Origin: Polyangiaceae bacterium
Lineage (GTDB): Bacteria; Desulfobacterota; Binatia; UTPRO1
Direction: 5' to 3'
Assembly: GCA_031400185.1 (NCBI GenBank)
Contig: JANNPN010000255.1
Coordinates: 1,426-65,425 of the forward strand
DNA length: 64,000 nucleotides
The notes beneath the pieces were generated by a model. That model had not been told where the DNA came from and searched no databases. It saw only the letters and a list, made by a program, of their open reading frames with translations. The position numbers and the translations under genes are program-made. This document shows, one piece after another, positions 58,209 through 64,000 of this stretch (positions are counted from its first letter, which is position 1; the number at the start of each line of letters is the position of its first letter).

Positions 58209-59930
58209 ATGTCCGACGTAGAAGAGTCCGAGCGGCAGAACATCGGCCAACCGTTCCACGAGTTCAAAAAGACGCTGCCGCGCCTCAAGGTCAGGGTGCT
58301 CTGCCAGGACCCGCTCGTACGGAAGACCGACGGTTTGGGCGTCGTGGAGGTCACGCTCGACGGCGAGCGCTATCTGGAGCAGGGACCTCGCACTGCGCGC
58401 GTCGAAGTGATCGATCACGACCTCGACGAGGGGACGACGCATCCCCCGGTGCAGGTGCGCAAGAACGGCACGGGATTCGCCGTCGGCGCGTTGCGCGAGG
58501 ACCTGCGCTCCAACGTCCACTTCCACCAAGTGAACGTGTGGGCGATCGTCAACCGCACGCTCGCGTTGCTGGAGAAGCCGGAGCTGTTGGGGCGCCCGGT
58601 GCCGTGGGCGTCCGGGAACGGCCGGTTGGTGGTGATGCCGCATGCCGGCCGTGGCGCGAACGCCTACTACGATCGCGAGAGCGGCGCCCTCCGCCTCCTC
58701 TATCTCGGGCAGGAGCAGGACAGGGTCTTCTCCTGCCTTTCCCACGACATCGTCACTCACGAGCTCGGTCATGCGGTGCTCGACGGGCTGAAGCCGGGAT
58801 ACGACGAGGTGTCCTCGCCGGAGACCGCCGGGTTCCATGAGTACTTCGGTGACGCGCTGGCTCTCGCATCCGCGCTGACGTTCCGCGAGGTGCTCGTCAA
58901 GGCGGCGGGAAACATTCCACGCACGCTCGAAGCCGACTTTCTCGACCGCATCGGCGAGGAGTTCGGCGCCGCGGCGAGCCGCGGCGTACGCGCCTACGTG
59001 CGGCGATTCTCCAAGGTCTGCACGCTGACGCAGTTGACCAAAGGCGGGAACGTCAGTGCGCACGATCACTCGCAGGTGCTGAGCGGCGTGTTCTTCCAGT
59101 TCTTGAAGTTCCTCTACGAGCGGAAGCTCGCCAAGGCGCGTGAAGACGAGCAGGAAATTGACGGCGGCCACGCGGTGAAGGCACTGGTGAACGCGGCCAA
59201 GCAGGCGACCCGCACCATGCTGTGCGCGGTCGATTACTGTCCGCCGGTCGACGTGTCGTTCCTGCAGTACGCGCAAGCGGTGATCCGCGCCGAGCAGGTC
59301 GCGTTCCCGGAGGAGGGGCGCGGGATTCGCGCCGAGCTCGCGAGGCTGTTCAACGAGCGCGGTATCGGCGCCTGTCCGGCGGACCTGAATGCACCTCAGA
59401 CCGTCCGCAACCGGGACTTGCACCCGTACGACGTCGACGTGCTGTCGGCCACGTCGGAAGCAGCCTACCGCTTCCTCGACGAGAACCGCTCGCCGCTGTG
59501 CATCCCACGGGAGGCCAACTTCCGAGTCGTTCGGCGTTACCGCACCCGCAAGAAGACGGCGAGTGGATTCTTTCCGCCGCGCGAGGTGGTGCTCGAGTTC
59601 GTGTGGAACGAGCAGATGACGCTCGAAGCCGACGCGGCCCGCTTCGGAACGCTCGCCGGCGCGCGCTATCCGGTTCCGTGCGGCGGCACCCTGGTGTTCG
59701 ACGGCAACGGCAACGTTCTGCACTACGTGCTCAACGGGTCCGCCGACGATCGGGAAAGTCGCCAAAGGCGCCTGGCCGCGTACCTCGAGACGTTGGTGAA
59801 GCGGGGCCTCATCGGCCTCGCGGGGCAAGCGAAGCCCATCGAGGCCCTGCGCGACGGCGATCAGATCCATTTGAAGCGCACTTCGAACCTGCGTCACTAC
59901 GACCGTGATCGAGAGGAGACCGATGGCTGA
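58209..59930 (+). CDS. Hypothetical cytoplasmic HExxH protein (gluzincin-like putative metallopeptidase), 573 aa
   Basis: VTHELGHAVLDG, then GFHEYFGDALA about 25 aa later (candidate third Glu ligand). No signal peptide. Lower GC than flanks. Confidence 0.55.
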   Translation: MSDVEESERQNIGQPFHEFKKTLPRLKVRVLCQDPLVRKTDGLGVVEVTLDGERYLEQGPRTARVEVIDHDLDEGTTHPPVQVRKNGTGFAVGALREDLRSNVHFHQVNVWAIVNRTLALLEKPELLGRPVPWASGNGRLVVMPHAGRGANAYYDRESGALRLLYLGQEQDRVFSCLSHDIVTHELGHAVLDGLKPGYDEVSSPETAGFHEYFGDALALASALTFREVLVKAAGNIPRTLEADFLDRIGEEFGAAASRGVRAYVRRFSKVCTLTQLTKGGNVSAHDHSQVLSGVFFQFLKFLYERKLAKAREDEQEIDGGHAVKALVNAAKQATRTMLCAVDYCPPVDVSFLQYAQAVIRAEQVAFPEEGRGIRAELARLFNERGIGACPADLNAPQTVRNRDLHPYDVDVLSATSEAAYRFLDENRSPLCIPREANFRVVRRYRTRKKTASGFFPPREVVLEFVWNEQMTLEADAARFGTLAGARYPVPCGGTLVFDGNGNVLHYVLNGSADDRESRQRRLAAYLETLVKRGLIGLAGQAKPIEALRDGDQIHLKRTSNLRHYDRDREETDG

Positions 59931-61152
59931 CGATCGACTGAACGACTTCGCGGCGGCTCGCGGGCCGCAGCAGATCGCCGACAGCAAGCCGCTCAACTCC
60001 GGGGAGCATGTGTGGGTCGGAGACGACGGTGCCACGGCGGCCTGCGAGGATCTCGACGTCGACCGCCAGCTCCTGGCGTCGATCCACCGCCTGGACCGCA
60101 ACGTCCGCCTTTCCTACGGAGAGATCGTCGCGCTCTCCGGCGACTTCTACGCCACGCCGGAGGAGCTCTTCGAGGAACGCTCCGGCGCATTCTCCTGGAT
60201 CTACGAGGGCAAGGACATCTCCGACCTTCAGGAGATGTTCCAGGTGGAGGTCGACTGGATTCGCAACGACAAAGGCAAGAACGCCACGAACTACCCCGAC
60301 CAGAACCTCCGCATGTGGTGGAACTCCAAGGGGTACCTCGAGCTGGCGCTCGCGAACGACGACCACTTCGGCTGGCACAACATGAAGGCCTACGTGAAGT
60401 ACCACGGCGAGGCGCTCGCGCTCGCCGAAGCCGCCGCGGGAGAGGACGACACGTTTCGCCGCGCCCTCTGCACCAATGCGTTTGCCGACCACTTCCTGAC
60501 CGACGGTTTCGCCGCGGGGCACGTGCGCGTGCCGCGCCGCGAGATCCGCGCATGGGCGAAAGGCGCCGGCTACTCCGAGAAGCTCGCCGGTGCCCTGTCG
60601 AAGCTCCTCCACGACCAGGACGGCCACGTCGTGAGCCTACACAGCGGGGGAGAAAAGGGCCGCGCGGAGACGGACGGATTGGCGGTTCGGAACGCGCAGG
60701 GTGACAAATGGTTCACGCGTTGCGACGGACAGCTCTTTCTGCCCCCGGAGGCGGACCAAACTCCCGCCGTCCAACTGCCGATCCGAGCCGTGGCGGCGTC
60801 GGTCGGCGAGCTCCTCGTCGCGTGGCAGCAGAAAGAGCTGCCGCCGGCGCACTATGCCGCGACGGCGCTCGTGGCGGCGCCCGACCCGAAGGGCCCGACA
60901 CTCATCCAGAAGTTTGCGACCGACGTCTCCGACGGTCGCGTGCAGCAGCTCCTCGACAGCGTCGGCTGGTACACCAGCATCCCGTGGATCGGCCCGGGCC
61001 TCAAAGCCGGTAACCTGCGAGAGTTTTTGGGGGTGCTCCCGGATCTGATGGGGAAGTTTCGCGCGAGCATCGCCGCCGACCTGGCGGACCAACCGCAACT
61101 CAAGCACCGCCTCGCCGCCGGCTACGTAGACGCGTATCGGAACGTCGCCTGA
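59923..61152 (+). CDS. Hypothetical protein with zinc-dependent phospholipase C / P1-nuclease-like motif
   Basis: ADHFLTDGFAAGHVR resembles the H-[FY]-L-x-D-x4-H Zn site of the Zn_dep_PLPC family. Upstream HFGWHNMKAYVKYH. The start overlaps the preceding gene by 8 nt. An ATG at 59905 is an alternative. Confidence 0.45.
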   Translation: MADDRLNDFAAARGPQQIADSKPLNSGEHVWVGDDGATAACEDLDVDRQLLASIHRLDRNVRLSYGEIVALSGDFYATPEELFEERSGAFSWIYEGKDISDLQEMFQVEVDWIRNDKGKNATNYPDQNLRMWWNSKGYLELALANDDHFGWHNMKAYVKYHGEALALAEAAAGEDDTFRRALCTNAFADHFLTDGFAAGHVRVPRREIRAWAKGAGYSEKLAGALSKLLHDQDGHVVSLHSGGEKGRAETDGLAVRNAQGDKWFTRCDGQLFLPPEADQTPAVQLPIRAVAASVGELLVAWQQKELPPAHYAATALVAAPDPKGPTLIQKFATDVSDGRVQQLLDSVGWYTSIPWIGPGLKAGNLREFLGVLPDLMGKFRASIAADLADQPQLKHRLAAGYVDAYRNVA

Positions 61153-61356
61153 CGATTCTGGCGCCGCCAGTACCGCGACGCGGTGACGACGTTCGTGCAC
61201 TTCACGTTGGCCTTCGCCCCGCGCTCGGAGCAGCCGCGGGTCGTCGTCGAGGACGTCGTCGACGACCTCATTGCCGAGCGCTCGCCGACCTTTCGACGGG
61301 AGCGACGGCACCTTTCGCGGGACGCGCACGAGCACCCGCGCATGCTCGTGACGTCG

Positions 61357-62103
61357 TCACCCACTGCGCCGGCAGACGATCAGGATCTCCTCGGCGCGCT
61401 CGAGGTCGACGAGCCCCCGCGTCAGCTGGAGCTTCCGCTCGAAACGGACCGCGAGCGGCATGATAACGTTGTTGTACCACCAGATCGCTTTTCCGCGCTG
61501 GTGGACGAGGTACCACATCCCGAGGTCGACGAGACGGGACGACTTCGGCTGCATCGAGTGCTCCGCCGTCTGCTCGACGGTGAGCCCGTGGCGCGCGAGG
61601 ATCGCCAACAAGCGCTCGGGCTCGTAGCGGCGGCGGTGGCCGACGAGGTCGTCGAGCGTCGTCCAACGCGCGGCGTGGAGCGGGATCGAGAGCAGGAACG
61701 TCGCGCCCGGCGCCGAAACGCGCACGAGCTCGGCGAACGCGCGGTCGTCGTCGTCGACGTGCTCGACGATGTCGAGCGCGCACACCAGGTCGAACGACGC
61801 GTCCGCGAAGGGGAGGGCGGTGATCGAGCCGCGCGCCGTGACGCCGCCGGACGCGCGAAGGCTCCGCATCGCGGGCGTGCTGATGTCGACGAAGCGCGTC
61901 CCGGCGATCGGCAAGCGCGGCCGCAGCCCGGGCGCGACCTCGAGCCGGCGCGGTGCGGTCGCGGCGAGCGCGCGGACGAGCGGCCAGGTGTTGAAGCGTT
62001 CCGGGCCGATCAGCCGCGACTCGCGCCATAGGTCGTCGAAGAACGTCTGATTGATGGCGCGGAGTTCGTCCTCCGTCCGGTCGCGCGGCTGCGGTCCACT
62101 CAT
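61357..62103 (-). CDS. Class I SAM-dependent methyltransferase (Methyltransf_11-like)
   Basis: Motifs DISTPAMRSL, LPFADASFDLVCALDIVEHV. Start placed at an internal Met to avoid overlap with the divergent gene. RBS weak. Confidence 0.55.
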   Translation of the reverse strand: MSGPQPRDRTEDELRAINQTFFDDLWRESRLIGPERFNTWPLVRALAATAPRRLEVAPGLRPRLPIAGTRFVDISTPAMRSLRASGGVTARGSITALPFADASFDLVCALDIVEHVDDDDRAFAELVRVSAPGATFLLSIPLHAARWTTLDDLVGHRRRYEPERLLAILARHGLTVEQTAEHSMQPKSSRLVDLGMWYLVHQRGKAIWWYNNVIMPLAVRFERKLQLTRGLVDLERAEEILIVCRRSG

Positions 62104-62194
62104 GCGAACGGGACTTTTGCTGTTGTCGCGCCCGAGGTCCAGTCCGCATCGACTGGTGGGCTGCGGTCGAGCCGCCGTGCTAGGACGCCACTCG

Positions 62195-63358
62195 ATGGGC
62201 TCGTCGCTTCGGATCGCGCTCGCCGTCCTCGGGATGATCGCCGCGGCCGCGTTCGCCGGTGCGGCGGCTCCGCCTCCCTCCGTCGTCTTCACGGAGCATG
62301 TGATCTCGGACGACTACACGTACGCCTACGGCCTCGGCGCCGCGGACCTCGACGGCGACGGCGACCTCACGAGCGCCGACACGACCGGGCATCGCGTACT
62401 GTGGTTCGAGAACGGCGGAAGCGGCGATTTCACCCGCCATCTGGTGCGCGACATGGGCGACGGCTGGCCCGAGCGCCACGCGGTCGTCGACCTCGACCAC
62501 AACGGCACCCCGGACGTCGTGACCGTCGACCATTTCAACTGGTCGATCGTCTGGTTCGAGAACGATGGCACGCCGGCCGGCGGCGAGTGGGCCGCACACA
62601 CCGTCTCGAGCGACATGCCGCACGCCTACGACGTCGACGTGACCGACATCGACGGCGACGGCGACCTCGACGTGTTCGCGTCGGCATACGTCGGCAACCG
62701 CTTCGCGTGGTTCGAGAACCCGGGCGACCCATTGCTATCCGAATGGACGAAGCACGAAATCGCGGTCGGCGAGGAGACGCGCACCGTGCGCGCTGCCGAC
62801 TTCGACGGCGACGGCGACGCCGATCTCCTCGGCGGCATCGTCGGCGAGGGCCTCTATTGGTACGAGAACCTCGGGCCGCCCGCGCTCGAGTGGCCGCGCC
62901 ATACGATCCGCAAGGGCGGCGGACCGCAACACGGGGAGCCCGTCGATTTCGACGGGGACGGCGACCTCGACGTCGTGATGGCCGCGTACCGCAGCAACGG
63001 CTACCCGAAGTGGCCGGGCGAGATCGCCTGGTACGAGAACCGTCCCGGCAAGAAGTTCCGGAAGCACCGCATCGCCGGCAAGTTCCTCGGCGCGTTCGAG
63101 GCCGCGGCGGGAGACCTCGACGGCGACGGCGACCTCGACGTGGTCGCGACGGCGTGGGGCGCCGGCAACGTCGCGTGGTGGGAAAACCTGGGTGACGAGC
63201 GGCGCTGGCGCCTGCGCGAGCTCCACCCCGGATTCATCCGCGGCAACTCGGTGCTCGTGCGCGACCTCGACGGCGACGGCCGGCTCGACCTCGTCGCGTG
63301 CGGCGAGATCGGCAACAACACGCTCCGCTGGTGGCGCAACGAGGGGCCCCCGAGCTGA
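62195..63358 (+). CDS. FG-GAP/VCBS-type repeat beta-propeller protein with signal peptide
   Basis: Seven repeats containing D-x-D-G-D-G-D-x-D Ca-binding loops, each followed by W(F/Y)EN. Confidence 0.7.
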   Translation: MGSSLRIALAVLGMIAAAAFAGAAAPPPSVVFTEHVISDDYTYAYGLGAADLDGDGDLTSADTTGHRVLWFENGGSGDFTRHLVRDMGDGWPERHAVVDLDHNGTPDVVTVDHFNWSIVWFENDGTPAGGEWAAHTVSSDMPHAYDVDVTDIDGDGDLDVFASAYVGNRFAWFENPGDPLLSEWTKHEIAVGEETRTVRAADFDGDGDADLLGGIVGEGLYWYENLGPPALEWPRHTIRKGGGPQHGEPVDFDGDGDLDVVMAAYRSNGYPKWPGEIAWYENRPGKKFRKHRIAGKFLGAFEAAAGDLDGDGDLDVVATAWGAGNVAWWENLGDERRWRLRELHPGFIRGNSVLVRDLDGDGRLDLVACGEIGNNTLRWWRNEGPPS

Positions 63359-63377
63359 GGCGTCGGCTCCGAGGCGC

Positions 63378-64000
63378 TTACTGTCCGACCGCGAACAGCG
63401 TCCGGTCGTTGATCGCGTACACCTTGCCGTCCGGACCGAGGATCGTCGCGGTGTAGGCCTCGCCGATGCCGGTGGTGAGCGTGATGCTCTCGTTCAGCGT
63501 GTTGGTGGCGAGATCCCAGCGGTAGAGCTTGCCGTCGGCGTTGTTGGCGAAGGCGGCACCGGTCACGGGGTCGATGACGGTCGTGTTGGTGCACCATTCG
63601 CGGCGCGCGTTCGGATTGCCCGGGAAGTCCCAGTCGGGGGTCGGGCCGACGACGGTCAGGATCTCCTTCATGACCGCTATCCCGGAGACGGGATCGGTCA
63701 TGCTGTCGGTCGGGTCGAGGACGGCGAGCTTGTTGGCGCCCGTACCGCCGACGCCGGCGTAGTCGTTGTACTTGGTCATCACGAGGTAGTCCGACAGACC
63801 GAGATACGAAGGCACGAGGCGCGCCGGCACGATCGACGCGGTGTCGTCCCATCCGAATGCCCCGGGCGGGCCGACCGGCACGAGATTGCGGTCGAAGTGC
63901 AGGAGCCAGCCGCGCGCATGGTTCGAGGGGAACGGGTTCTCGAGCACGCCGAAGTAGACGTCGCCGTCGGGGCCGATCGTCGGCGACGCGGTGCTGTTGT
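63378..64000 (-). CDS. Beta-propeller repeat protein (PQQ/BamB-like), C-terminal part; gene continues past window end
   Basis: Repeats with the GPDGKVY..., LYRWDL pattern. No start codon in the window. Confidence 0.45.
   Translation of the reverse strand, partial: NSTASPTIGPDGDVYFGVLENPFPSNHARGWLLHFDRNLVPVGPPGAFGWDDTASIVPARLVPSYLGLSDYLVMTKYNDYAGVGGTGANKLAVLDPTDSMTDPVSGIAVMKEILTVVGPTPDWDFPGNPNARREWCTNTTVIDPVTGAAFANNADGKLYRWDLATNTLNESITLTTGIGEAYTATILGPDGKVYAINDRTLFAVGQ

Noticed and set aside
1-64000. Mobile elements, CRISPR arrays, rRNA/tRNA genes
   Set aside because: No transposase, integrase or recombinase-like ORFs. No direct repeat arrays with spacers. No rRNA- or tRNA-like sequences were seen on either strand.

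Overview
This is a 64 kb chromosomal segment with about 70% GC from a Gram-negative bacterium, as shown by the presence of MltA, OmpA, lipoprotein signal peptides and BatA/BatB-type genes. It is densely packed with roughly 60 protein-coding genes and has no rRNA, tRNA, CRISPR array, transposase or integrase. Most of it is core or accessory metabolism: thiolase, class V aminotransferase, the glycolate oxidase genes glcDEF, cold-shock cspA, an acidic amino-acid symporter, coaE, nth, amtB, a di-haem cytochrome c peroxidase, a sensor histidine kinase and a NarL-type response regulator. The most structured systems are: (i) a translationally coupled five-gene operon of membrane protein, MoxR ATPase, DUF58 and two VWA proteins (Bat-like, 33.4-41.2 kb); (ii) a regulator-rich tailoring cluster of TetR, O-methyltransferase, ferredoxin, PEP-utilising-domain enzyme, TetR and ferritin-like diiron oxygenase, with palindromic operators (52.9-58.0 kb); (iii) immediately downstream, in a lower-GC patch, a coupled pair of uncharacterised proteins, one an HExxH gluzincin-like protein and one a Zn-dependent phospholipase C-like protein (58.2-61.2 kb), which I rank as the best candidate for something undescribed; (iv) an unusually long, lower-GC leader with repeated motifs upstream of an amtB that has no glnK. 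Many long ORFs in the supplied six-frame track are high-GC antisense artefacts and were discarded. The displayed sequence near positions 181-240 appears offset by one base relative to the ORF track, so track coordinates were trusted there.
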